Source: Octopus sinensis
Lineage: Eukaryota
DNA: 64,000 bases
NCBI RefSeq assembly: GCF_006345805.1
Contig: NC_043020.1
Location: 7,068,001-7,132,000, forward strand
Reading direction: 5' to 3'
Below the pieces are notes generated by a model. That model saw only the letters and a list, made by a program, of their open reading frames with translations, was not told where the DNA came from and ran no database searches. The position numbers and the translations under genes are program-made. How positions within the stretch are numbered: position 1 is the first letter of the stretch; every line of letters begins with the position of its first letter. Positions 34,736 through 46,476 of this stretch are shown here, piece after piece.

Positions 34736-34945
34736 GCCATGATAGATCATTAGCTCCTACACGCATTTTTCTCTCTCCTTGTTTCTCTCTTTGTTTCTTT
34801 TCTGTGTATCTTTCTGTCGAAGAGCGTAGGCTCGAAACGTAAAAGACTTTTTCTATTTCTATTCCTGAGCGCTATACTAATACATTTGTTTGCTTGTACT
34901 CCACCTGCCTTCGTCTTTTGTTTATTTTCGTAAACTTTCCCTTTA
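34735..34945 (+). mobile_element. Penelope-type terminal repeat fragment, hammerhead family 2
   Basis: Homologous to 13160-13330 and to the reverse complement of 1020-1148. Confidence 0.6.
34809..34846 (+). ncRNA. Minimal type-I hammerhead-like motif (core variant CUGUCGA)
   Basis: TCTTT CTGTCGA A GAGC-GTAG-GCTC GAAAC GTA AAAGA: stems I and II pair, GUA triplet present, A6 replaced by U. Confidence 0.55.
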
Positions 34946-35588
34946 CATATATATATATATACATCTGCGCACATATTACATATAAAAATAATCTTGCAAT
35001 CACTTACTGCTATTTCAAATGCATTTAATACCTAACAAGCGAAACTAATGACTGAAGAAAAGATAATTTATGAAGCGATTTCTAACATAACCACTTGAGA
35101 CACATGTACTAAATGCATTCAAAATATCAGAAATTGGGTTATCCTTATCCAAATAATATATGACTCTCGTGTTTATAAGAATGTAACCAATCATTGCTAT
35201 CCGGGGTTTGATAATACAGTCATAAGGCAACATGGGAGTAAGGGTAAAATGCTGACCTGGACAGGGAGCTGAAAATATCTGGTTAAGTACACTGCATGTA
35301 GGCACGCTGACCTATATACACACACCCATATATATATATGTATGTATGTATATTCCTATGAAGAGAGAAGCCCCATTTGCCCGTTTTCCTGTGTTTGTGT
35401 AAGTTAAATGGCCAACACAAGATTAACATTATCATCTTACACATCAACTGGAGTGTGACATCATCAAGGAATACAGGAGGGGATCTGGTAATCCATCTTG
35501 GATAAAGGAGGCTTGAGATTTCGTTGTTTCTCGCGGTTTCTTAATGATTCTTCCATTTCCACACCGCTCCAGCTGATACATAACATTG

Positions 35589-35589
<1 letters not shown>

Positions 35590-35655
<66 letters not shown>

Positions 35656-35913
35656 GTGTGTGTGTGTATATATATATATACATATATACATATATATATA
35701 TGTGTGTGTGTGTATATATATATATACATATATATATGTGTGTGTATATATATATATATATGTGTGTATATATATATGTGTGTATATATATATATGCGTG
35801 TATATATATATGCGTTGTATATATATATATATATATATGTGTGTTGTATATGTATGTGTATATGTATATATATATATGTGTATATATATATGTGGTGTGT
35901 ATATATATATATA

Positions 35914-35944
<31 letters not shown>

Positions 35945-35988
35945 TCTATATATATATACATATATATATATGTGTGTGTGTATATACA

Positions 35989-36024
<36 letters not shown>

Positions 36025-36035
36025 ATATATATGGT
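35590..36035. repeat. (TG)/(TA) compound microsatellite
   Basis: Direct inspection. Confidence 0.95.
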
Positions 36036-36199
36036 GTGTAGAAAGAGTTATAATCCAAGCTGTATCCTCCCAACGTATTTTCTATATTGTATTGAAACAC
36101 GTGTGACATGGAATTAAAAATATACCAAATTTTAACAAACTTTTGCTTTGATATGTATATGTTTGTATATACGTGTGTGTGTGTGTGTGTGTATAAATA

Positions 36200-36244
<45 letters not shown>

Positions 36245-36761
36245 TTGTGTGTGCACATACATACACACATGCGAGTGAGAGAGAGAACAAATGTATAAAA
36301 ATACATTCCACGTGATCTTTGCACAACTTCCACTGTACTCCCAGTGTGACAAAGGCACCGCAACATAAAAGGAAGAAAAATAAGGAATAAAAAAAAAAAA
36401 CAACACAAAGCAAATACAATAATAATAATAATGAAATGATACAAAAAAAAATAATAAACCTGGAAATGTCATTTATTAAGTGCAATGAAGAATTTTATTG
36501 AAAGATCTTTCACTGGAATATCTGACATTTTTTCACAGCGGGGCTTCACTGACATGTGCATAAGAAATAGATATAATTATTTATATTACATACACATGTG
36601 TAGAAAAGATAGTTTATATACAACTATTTATACACACATGTTTATGTAAAGGATAATTATATATACCTATTTATATATACATATTTGTATAAAAGTTTAT
36701 ATATAGATAACTATACATACATATCTGTATAAAAGACAGTTGTATCTAACTATTAATACAT

Positions 36762-37169
36762 ATAGGCGCAGGAGTGGCTGTGTGGTAAGTAAGTAGCTTG
36801 CTAACCAACCACATGGTTCCGGGTTCAGTCCCACTGTGTGGCATCTTGGGCAAGTGTCTTCTACTATAGCCCAGTGCCGACCAATGCCTTGTGAGTGGAT
36901 TTGGTAGACAGGAACTGAAAGAAGCCCGTCATATATATGTATATATATATATATGTGTGTGTGTGTTTGTGTGTCTGTGTTTGTCCCCCTAGCATTGCTT
37001 GACAACCAATGCTGGTGTGTTTACGTCCCCGTAACTTAGCGGTTCGGCAAAAGAGACCGATAGAGTAAGTACTGGGCTTACAAAGAATAAGTACCAGGGT
37101 CGAGCTGCTCGATTAAAGGCAGTGCTCCAGCATGGTTGCAGTCAAATGACTGAAACAAGTAAAAGAGTA
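36762..37169 (+). mobile_element. SINE family A, full length
   Basis: ATAGGCGCAGGAGTGGCTG..GACTGAAACAAGTAAAAGAGTA. Confidence 0.9.
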
Positions 37170-38194
37170 TATATTTCTACAAAAGAACATTCTCATTTAG
37201 GAGTTACACCAGTGGTTTTCAAACTTTTCAAAGAATTTTACATGCCAGTCCCTTAAGTTTTTACGATGATTCATGGTCCTCCATAAAATGTAGGATAATC
37301 AACAGTGATTTCCAGACTATTAACACAGCCCATAGGCTGGCAACCCTGAAAACCACACCTTAGTCCAGGCAATGCTCAAAGCACAGGAAAATATGAAGAA
37401 TCATCTGATCATCTTACAGTTGATATGAAGAATCAGTTGGTTACAAAACAAATGAGAAACGAAAAATACTGACAGCACATGTAAAACTAAGGGGGGAACT
37501 GACATCTATTAGATGTTATATCAGGATAAATACCAACTCCGTATATATACTAAGTATGATAAAAAGTTATGTTAATAGCTCAGTTGCATGCCTCTATGTG
37601 TGTGCCTTGTGTGTGAAATTTGTACTGAAGCCCATCATATGTGTGAACATTATATATATATATACACACATACACATTTGTAGCCAAGTGTCTCTACATT
37701 GACACTGTGCAGCTGGTGAGGACAATGTTTACATCTGATCTAAAAATGTCTCCAAGCACGATGGGTCAAGTGAAGTCATGGAATTCTAAACAGTTTCCAA
37801 GAAAAACAAGAACAGCCTTTTGGACAGGCATCTGGTTATAGAAGACTCATTCAGTAAGTCTTGACATGTCACATGGTAGAATTATGTATGTGTGAGTGTG
37901 GCTGCGCGTGAGTGTGGCTGTACGTGAGTGTGGTTGCGCGTGAGTGTGGCCATACGTGAGTGTTGCTGCACATGAGTGTGGCTGTGCGTGAGTGTGGCCA
38001 TATGTGAGTGTGGCTGTACATGAGCGAGTGAGAGAGAGTGTGTGTGTGTGTGTGTGCTTGTGTGCATGGTGTTTGTATGTCTGTGCATGTGTGATTATGT
38101 GTGTGTATATGGTGTTTGTATATGACTGACTGTGAATGCCTGTGTGTGTGTGTGTGTGTGACAGAGAGAGAGCATGTGTATGTACATATGTACG

Positions 38195-38425
38195 CAAACG
38201 AGTAAAAAGTGGCTGAGTACTCCACAGACACATGTACTCCTAATGTAGTTCTAAGAGAGATTCAACATGACGCACCCGAATGCAAAAAAGCTGGCCCCTT
38301 TGAAATACAGGTACAACTCATTTTCGCCAGCTGAGTGGACTGGAGCAACATGAAAATAAAGTGTCTTGCTCAAGGACAACACTGAGATTCTAACTCACAA
38401 TCTAACAAACACAAACTGAATAACC
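38195..38425 (-). mobile_element. SINE family D, head H2 + tail T2 (degenerate)
   Basis: Body GCTGAGTGGACTGG..GTGTCTTGCTCAAG as at 17870; tail GTGGCTGAGTACTCCACAGAC..TTGAAATACAGGTACAAC as at 40290-40396. Confidence 0.7.
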
Positions 38426-38489
38426 TAACCGACGCCTTGTGAGTAAATTTGGTAAACAAAACTGTGCAGAAGCCCATCACCCATGTATA

Positions 38490-38870
38490 TCATCATCATC
38501 GTCATTTAACATCTACTCTCCATGGCACACCATGTGAATTCCTGTAGAAGAACATTCCTCACTCATCCTCATCCCTGGCCTGGGTTGGATGGTTTGAGAG
38601 GGGTCAGGGCAGGTAGAAGACTACACCAGGATATTGTGTCGGTTTTGGCAGGGTTTTTATGGGTGGATGCCCTTCCTAACACCAACCACCTGGCAGAATG
38701 GACTGAGTGCTTTTTATGTGGCACCAGGGCAGGTGAGGTCAGTTTTGGCATGGTTTTCACAGCTGGATGCCCTTTCAAATGCCAGCCACTTCAGAGTATG
38801 TGGAGTGGGTGCTTTTGACGTGACACCAGCACCAGCAGGGTCACCAAGTAACTTGTAAGACAAGGAGTTT
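38490..38870 (-). mobile_element. SINE family C (degenerate)
   Basis: (CAT)n tail and GGATGCCCTTCCTAAC motif, partly duplicated. Confidence 0.7.
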
Positions 38871-39344
38871 TGAGAGGGGGTGACTTTATGTCAGTGAAGT
38901 CATGTGTGTATGTGTATATACACATACATTTATGTATATGTATGTATATGTATGTGTGTGTGGTGTGTGTGTATGTGTGTTGTGTGTGTGTGTGTGTGTG
39001 TGCATGTGTTTTTGTGCCTGTGTTTGTACCCCCACCACTGCTTGACAACTGGTGTCGGTTTGTTTATGTTCCCATAACTTAGGGGTTTAGCAGAAAGAGA
39101 CCAATAGAATAAGTACCAGACTTGAAAATAACATAAACAGTGGTGGTGGGAGGGGGTGGGCGATTTGTTCAACTAAAACCCTTCAAGATGGTACCCACCC
39201 CAGCTTGGCCACAGTCAAATGACTAAAACCCTTTAGCATTTAAACCAGCCATATCTGGCCCAAATATCTGACCTGTTATGTTTCGACCAACCAGATCCAG
39301 CCTATCCCACTTACCCTTCAATGCCATTCTAAAGATTTTTTGCA

Positions 39345-40025
39345 AACTTGCAGCTGCAAGTGCTACCAGTTGAAAGCTCAGCATACCAGATACCAGAAAG
39401 TTTATGGGGTCATCCGGAGAGAATGCGCACCATTTCAGGGCCTACCTCTCAACAGCATCATTGCACACCACTCCCGCCACCACTGAAATGGGGCCCCGCT
39501 TGCCAGATCAAGTGGTTATCAGGTTTCACTCAATATTCATCATCTCATTTCCAACCAAATCCATTGGCTTACCTTTTCCACTGTAGCCTGAATATCACTC
39601 ATGGTGGTATTTGCTTTAAAGGTGGCGAGCTGGCAGAAGCGTTAGCATGCCAGGCGAAATGCTTAGCGGTATTTCGTCTGCGTTACGTTGAGAGTTCAAA
39701 TTCCGCCACGGTCGACTTTGCTTTTCATCCTTTCGGGGTCGATAAATTAAGTACCAGTTACGCACAGGGGTCGATGTAATCGACTTAATACCTATGTCTG
39801 TCCTTGTTTGTCCCCTCTATGTTTAGCCCCTTGTGGGTAATAAAGAAATAGGTATTTGCTTTACGAAGCGCTAAGCCTAACAATAACAACAGTCGCCTCA
39901 CACTGTCCAACGAATACTCTACGTCCAACTTCGACTGGAAAATGCTCCGCTTTCCAGCCTGCATCTTCTCATTCCTTGAGGAACTTCCCATAACGGTCAA
40001 TCACGTCATCAAAATTTCAAAGCTT
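39345..40025 (-). mobile_element. Hero-like RLE LINE 3' end, split by a SINE
   Basis: After removing the SINE it reads ..DRYGKFLKE*EDAGWKAEHFPVEVGRRVFVGQ/SVRRLLLLLGL.LRKANTTMSDIQATVEKVSQWIWLEMR*, like the Hero GW.A...PVEVGCRGF.G.S....LG......AE.AS.WLW motif. Confidence 0.75.
39619..39850 (+). mobile_element. SINE family B, young copy with a 13-bp TSD
   Basis: TSD GGTATTTGCTTTA at 39606-39618 and 39851-39863. Confidence 0.92.
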
Positions 40026-40203
40026 CAAAACAATGCAGGATTAGTTTAAAAACTCTGCGGAGTGGTTGGTGATAGGAAGGGCAATCCAGCTGTAAAATCT
40101 CTGCCAAGACAGACACAGCAGCCCAGGGCAGTTTTTCTACCTGGCTGGCTCCAGTCAATCATCTTACCCATGCATGCAAGGAAGATGGACGTTAAACGAT
40201 GAT

Positions 40204-40592
40204 AGTTGGAAGCACTCCGTCGGTTACGACGACGAGGGTTCCGGTTGATCCGAATCAACGGAACAGCCTGCTCGTGAAATTAACGTGTAAGTGGCTGAGC
40301 ACTCCACAGACACATGCACCCTTAACGTAGTTCTCGGGGATATTCAGCGTGACACAGAGAGTGACAAGGCCGGCCCCTTGAAATACAGGTACAACAGAAA
40401 CAGGAAGTAAGAGCGAGAGAAAGTTGTGGTGAAAGAGTACAGCAGGGATCACCACCATCCCCTGCCGGAGCCTCGTGGAGCTTTTAGGTATTTTTGCTCA
40501 ATAAACACTCACAACGCCCGGTCTGGGAGTCGAAACCGCGATCCTATGACCGCGAGTCCGCTGCCCTAACCACTGGGCCATTGCGCCTCCAC
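40204..40592 (-). mobile_element. SINE family D, head H1 + tail T2
   Basis: Head nearly identical to 2640-2809 but with a different 3' part; inserted into the tail of a SINE C (40040-40203). Confidence 0.85.
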
Positions 40593-40701
40593 TAAATGAT
40601 AATAATGATGTGAAAGAAAAAGCATTACATTTGACAGGATAATCTGAATGCGAAAAGGTGAAAAAAATTTTGAAGTAAAAGATTATTTTGTTTTTCCTTA
40701 C

Positions 40702-41331
40702 CTTGACAATAACAGCCATGTTATTTTTGTAGATTTTGCCGCCTTCCGCTTTAGCAAAAACGGCAGCCACATTCTGAAGGACAGCTTCTACTTCTTCGAC
40801 TGGCATCGGTCTTCCGGTTGGGAAGTAGAACTGAGGAATGGACATGATGACCGTGTTAGGCACTTGGGAGGGTTTGGAAGGATGCTGTTGCTTGTGGGAC
40901 GGCTTCGAAGACTTGGCCACCGCTGCTACGGTCCTTGGCAGGGCGGCGGCCGACAGGGAGGTCGGCGGCGGCGGGGCACCAGCGCTGCTAACGGCTGTAT
41001 TGGTAGACGTGGACGCAATCTGTGGGAAGCTACTAACACCACCGGCAGCTGTGTTGGTGCTTGTGGTGCTCGTACCGGTAGTGTTGGTGGCAGTGGAGGT
41101 GGTGGTGGTGGTGCTGCTGCTGGTGGCGGTGGAGGTGGAGGTGCCGACGTGGCCGGCCGATGAGGCTGTTGCACACACTGTAGAGCTGTGCGGGGAGGGC
41201 GGTGATGGACCGACTGTCTGTATGGATGACGTAACCAAGGAACTGGCCGGACGTGGAGTGACACTCTGGCCATCTCGGACTCTCCCCCGTTCTCCTTCAC
41301 TATCCTCCTTGCACTCCTTCTCTTTGGGAAT
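40702..41331 (-). CDS. PPP2R3A/PPP2R3B: Internal coding exon (210 codons, phase 0/0) of PP2A regulatory subunit B'' (PR72/PR130 family)
   Basis: Acceptor ttctttgtttcc..tatttgcAG|ATT CCC and donor GTC AAG|GTaagg. The peptide ends IPQFYFPTGRP..VEAVLQNVAAVFAKAEGGKIYKNNMAVIVK, matching PPP2R3B IPTFYFPRGRP..VDAVISKIESTFA..MGLVAK, with the intron at the homologous position before xCGCPLYWK. Confidence 0.85.
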
Positions 41332-41379
41332 CTGCAAATATACATTGGAAACAAAGAATATAGTCGCTGGATTAAAATA

Positions 41380-42320
41380 TGGGAGGGGGTGCAGCAGAAG
41401 GGGGGGTGATTGTTGTGGAAGGGGGTGACAGAGAGAAAGGGGAGTGTGGCAGAGAGTGGGGTGTGGCGGATAAGGATTGGCAGAGAGGGTATGTGGGGGG
41501 AATGTGGTGGAGAGGGAAGAGTGTGGCAGAGAGGAGGGAGAGTGTGGCGGAGAGTGGGGAGTCTGTGGAGGAAGGAGAGTGCGGGGGAGGGGGAGTGTGT
41601 GGTGGAGAGGGGGGATGGAGAGGGGGAGTGTGTGGCGGAGAGGGGGAGTGTGGCAGGGTGGTGGGGGTGGTGGAGGGGGGGGGGGGCATGGATGGAGAGT
41701 GTGGTGGAAGGTGTCCAGTGGGAAGAGCATAGCAGAAGTGGGGAGAACAGGAGAGGGGATGTGGGGAGAAGGGAGAATGTGATAGTGTGAGGAAAAGGAT
41801 CATGCAGTGGGGAGGGTGGAAAGGAGTAGGATAGGATGCAGAATGGGGGGAGGGCAGAGATCAGGAGAGTGGCAAGGGAGAAGAAGAAGAGGGGAGAGAG
41901 AGAGAGAGGATGAAGATGAAGAGGGAGGGAGAAGCAAGATGAAGAGAGGAAGGCAAGGAGGGAGAGTGAGAGAGATAGAGGGGGAGAAGGAAAGATGAAG
42001 AGGGTAAAAAGATAAGAGAAGGAAATAGTAAAAGGAAGCAAAGGGGAGGGGAGAAGGGTGAGTGAGTGGTGGGAAGTAAGACAAGATGTGGGGGTGGGGG
42101 GAGAAAAAAGGGTTTCAATGTGTGGGTAATTGTATTCACTGGCACAGACTCCTTTCCATTGAAAGACACTCGGCAAGGCAGTGGGTCCCTCTGACCCAAG
42201 GGGTCTGTCCACCCCACCCCACCCTCCAATCAATGGGGACTTAAAGAAGAGAGAAAGAGAGAGGGAGTGGGAAGAGAAGAGAGGTGGGGGGGGAAGAAAG
42301 CAATGATATGACAGGGTTTT
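41380..42320 (+). repeat. Purine/G-rich low-complexity tract (pyrimidine-rich in the gene transcript)
   Basis: GGA/GAG/GGG runs immediately upstream of the exon acceptor. Confidence 0.85.
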
Positions 42321-42727
42321 AAACAGTTTCAGAGACAATACAACCCCGAGTCGACCAAGACCACAACATCCCGATCCCACCGATCATGGAGCTGGTGGCG
42401 CGGGGAGGATGGTTTGGCACGCGGTAGAGCCACAACCAACATATACCACCCTCTACTCCACCCTGCAGCCAATCAAGGCATCAAACAGTATTCCCCCACT
42501 TCACCCCACCCCACCATCTTTCTTCATGGCCCAACATTACATTACGTCATGCAGGCACACACACTACGCACGTGTACATATGTATATATGCAAGTATCGT
42601 ATGTGAATATATATACACACACACAGGAGTTTAAAAAATTACGTATTCTTGTCTTGATATTTTTTATTTTCTGTGCTTTATGTAGACATATATGTATAAA
42701 AAAATATACATATATATGTATAAAAAA

Positions 42728-42773
<46 letters not shown>

Positions 42774-42780
42774 ATATATA

Positions 42781-42987
42781 TACTCTTTTACTGGTTTCAG
42801 TCATTTGACTGTGGCCATGCTGGAGCACCGCCTTTAGTCGAGCAAATCAACTCCAAGACTTATTCTTTGTAAGCCCAGTACTTATTCTATCGGTCTCTTT
42901 TGCCGAACCGCTAAGTTAAGGAGACGTAAACACACCGGCATCAATTGTCAAGCGATGTTGTTGGGACAAACACAGAAACACAAACAT

Positions 42988-43020
<33 letters not shown>

Positions 43021-43165
43021 CAACGGGCTTCTTTCAGTTTCTGTCTACCAAATCTACCGAGGCTATAGTAGAAGACACTTACCCAAGGTGCCATGCAGTG
43101 GGACTGAACCCAGAACCATGTGGTTGGTAAGCTAGCTACTTACCACACAGCCATTTCTACACCTA
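42781..43165 (-). mobile_element. SINE family A (small internal deletion)
   Basis: As for 20584-20985. Confidence 0.85.
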
Positions 43166-43173
43166 TATATATA

Positions 43174-43208
<35 letters not shown>

Positions 43209-43214
43209 AATATA

Positions 43215-43450
43215 CAGGGTGGCCCAAAAGTAGGTTTACGGTTAACACTTAAGCACTTTAAATTTCTTTTAAAACATTTTATTCCATTTAAACTTCTATC
43301 TTACAAACTGAAAGGGGAGCTTGACAAAATTAACTAAATTAGCATAGAATAATGGTTTCATATTCTTTTTATAATTAAGATCTAAACTGTTAATATAGGA
43401 ATACAAAATAGATAGTTGAATGACTGTAAACCTACTTTTGGGCCACCCTA
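43215..43450. mobile_element. Tc1/mariner-type MITE
   Basis: TA|CAGGGTGGCCCAAAAGTAGGTTTAC..GTAAACCTACTTTTGGGCCACCCT(A)|TA: 25-bp TIR and TA TSD. Confidence 0.9.
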
Positions 43451-43589
43451 TATGTGTGTGGGTGTATATATATATATATATCAAGACTAATTATGTTTGT
43501 CTACATCATTATGTGTATTTGTTATAAACATGTAAGTATATATATATATATATATATCATGTTTGTATGTACATGTGTGCTTAACACAC

Positions 43590-43840
43590 ATATCTACATG
43601 TATGTGTCTCTCTCTCTCTCTCTCTATAAATATATATATACATATATATATATACATATATACATACATATATATATATACATATATACATACATATATA
43701 TATATATACATATACACATACATATATATATATATACATATACACATATATATATATATATATATACATATATACATATATATATATACATATACACATA
43801 TACATATACACATATATATATCTATATCTACACACACACA
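43590..43840. repeat. (TA)/(CA) compound microsatellite
   Basis: Direct inspection. Confidence 0.95.
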
Positions 43841-44454
43841 AAGGTATAACCGCAATCGTCCCCTCCTGCTTTCTATGGGTTTTTTTTTTTATTATTTTCT
43901 ATTCTCAAGTTCCATCTGTTTCCTGTAAAGGAAAAGCAGGTTCTACACACACACACACACACACACGCATATGCACACTCATTCACACACACACATATAC
44001 ATCATCTATCATTAATTCTCATCAACTTGGGGCTAGAACATCCTCATCACTACCACCACCACAAACACCATCCTCGCCACCATGACTACCACCACCACCA
44101 TTTTCATCAATACACATCACCATCATCAATAATAACCACTACAAACAATAAAAAGACCAAAAGTTGGACGCATTAACAGGCAATAATATAGTCCAAGATA
44201 CACTATGCCAGAAAGATAGGATAGCCATGGCTGGAGCTTGAAGATCTTTGATCTTAGGTCTACTGGCTCAGGAGCAGACATGGAGCAAACGGAACAAAGA
44301 AAGACACATTGGATGTGTGTGAGAGATGGCATTTCGTCTTTGTTTCAAATTCCACCGAGGTAGACTTTGCCCTTCATCCTTTTGGGGTCGATAAAATAAG
44401 TACGAGCCAAGAACCACAAAATTTCAAGTCTTGCACCTATAGGCGGAAGGATTA

Positions 44455-44650
44455 TTATTATTATTATTATTATCATTATTATCATTATTATCATTATTAT
44501 TATCATTATTATCATCATTATTATCATCATTATCATTATTATTATCATCATTATCATTATTATTATCATTATTATCATTATTATCATCATTATTATCATT
44601 ATTATTATCATTATTATCATTATTATCATTATCATTATTATTATTATTAC
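44455..44650. repeat. (ATT/ATC)n trinucleotide mosaic
   Basis: Direct inspection; a similar tract lies at 9452-9590. Confidence 0.95.
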
Positions 44651-44656
44651 TGCATG

Positions 44657-45125
44657 CGAGCAGCACATGCCATCAATGTGACACTGGGGTAAAATATACG
44701 AAGCCAGTATACCCATCATGACTATCCATTTGATAAGGGCACACCAGGTACATGCATCACAACCATATGTGCACGACATGGTGATCCTATATCAAGATAA
44801 ACAGCGCATGACCTTGCAGGTGGGGCCCAGTTAGAATTTTCTTCAGGTCAAGTAGCCCATCGCACTCAAGTAGCCATCGCACTCAAAAGGTCCCTGAATA
44901 ATGTTTGTTGAAGGATGTTGAACGAAACACCCCTATTTCCAGAGGTGAATTATTCAACCCCCCCCCCAAAATTCCTCTCAACACATGGCTATGATGTTCT
45001 TCCCCACTACTTCTGCTCATGACCAGAGATGCACATATTGTCAACCCCCAAGGGGCATGCTCCACTGATTAAGGTCAAACAACTGACAAGCAAATCTGTG
45101 GCACTGAGCAGAATATTTACTGTAG
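44657..45125. mobile_element. Interspersed element of about 550 bp bounded by (ATT)n, copy 1 (truncated)
   Basis: Homologous to 55637-56184 and 56222-56450 (TGCATGCCATCAA.GTGACAC..CTTGCAGGTGGGGCCCAGTTAGAATTTTCTTCAG). Confidence 0.8.
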
Positions 45126-45206
45126 AATTATTATTATTGTTTTTTATTATTATTTTTTTTTATTATTTTATTATTATTTTTATTATTTTTATTTTTTTAT
45201 TATTAT

Positions 45207-45421
45207 AAAGGCAGTGAGCTGGCAGAATCGTTAAAACGCTAGATAAAATGCTTAGGGGTATTTTGCCTGTCTCTCCAATCTGAGTTCAAATTCCACTGAG
45301 GTCGACTTTGCTTTTCATCTTTTCAGGGTCAATAAAATAAATTCCAGTGAAATACTGGGGTCGATGTAATTGACTAGTCCCCTTCCCCACAAATTCCAGG
45401 CCTTGGGGCAAAATTTAAAAC

Positions 45422-45425
<4 letters not shown>
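45207..45425 (+). mobile_element. SINE family B
   Basis: GGCAGTGAGCTGGCAGAATCG..GGTCGACTTTGC.. Confidence 0.8.
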
Positions 45426-45457
<32 letters not shown>

Positions 45458-45832
45458 ACCAAGGGAATTTTCCTGATTCAAAGAATTTCATTCATTAAGC
45501 AACAAATGTCGCAAAGTGTAATTCTCCACAAGAGCCCCATCCTTCCTCCTCTGCCAGTTTCTAATGAACCCTTCTTCCGGTACATTCCGGTTTGTTTACG
45601 ACAATCTAATTAGTATTTATTAATAATTATTACTAGTTTGTTTTGTTTGTTGTTTTTTTCCAGAGAAAGGAGGACAAAGGCGCAAAGCAGTTCAAGTCTT
45701 TCACTATGGTCACAGTGTGTGTGTGCATGTGTGTGTGTGTGTGTGTGTGTGTGTGAGTGTGCTCACACACACACAGAAGAGTTTGGTAGTGCAAACAAGA
45801 TAAATAGAATTCAAAACACGAGAGTGTACATA

Positions 45833-46041
45833 TACTCTTTTACTTGTTTCAGTCATTTGACTGCGGCCATGCTGGAGCACTGCCTTTAATCGAGCAACTC
45901 GGAACTTATTCTTTTGTAAGCCCAGTACTTATTCTATCAGTCTCTTTTGCCGTACCGCTAAGTAACGGGGACATAAACACACCAGCATTGGTTGTCAAGC
46001 AATGCTAGGGGGCAAACACAGACACACAAACACACACACGC

Positions 46042-46072
<31 letters not shown>

Positions 46073-46240
46073 TACGACGGGCTTCTTTCAGTTTCCATCT
46101 ACCAAATCCACTCACAAGGCTTTGGTCGGCCCGAGGTTATAGTAGAAGACACTTGCCCAAGGTGCAACGCAGTGGGATTGAACCTGGAACCATGTGGTTG
46201 ATAAAGAAGCTACTTACCACACAGCCACTCCTGCGCCTAT
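45833..46240 (-). mobile_element. SINE family A, full length
   Basis: As for 20584-20985. Confidence 0.9.
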
Positions 46241-46246
46241 ATATGT

Positions 46247-46307
<61 letters not shown>

Positions 46308-46405
46308 TAGCTACATTTAATTTTAATCAGTAAAAGTTACAAAACACCTAAATATCTGAGGGTTTTGTGCATGACATATCAAACACACACACACATGCGC
46401 ACACG

Positions 46406-46476
46406 GTCCAGTTAGTTCTGTTGGTAGAACATGAGACTCAATCTCAGGGTTGTGGGTTCAAGCTCCGCGTTGGGCA
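46406..46476 (+). pseudogene. tRNA-Lys(CTT)-derived pseudogene or mini-SINE head
   Basis: GTCCAGTTAGTTCTGTTGGTAGAACATGAGACTC--AATCTCAGGGTTGTGGGTTCAAGCTCCGCGTTGGGCA aligns to eukaryotic tRNA-Lys-CTT with a 2-nt deletion in the anticodon loop. Confidence 0.8.

Noticed and set aside
40498-41730. 410-aa ORF as a single-exon gene
   Set aside because: Homology ends exactly at a GT donor (40701) at the conserved intron position; the N-terminal 133 aa are low-complexity intron sequence.
40926-42380. 484-aa and other overlapping ORFs around the exon
   Set aside because: They come from the purine/pyrimidine low-complexity tract and alternative frames. Only 41331-40702 has splice sites and homology.
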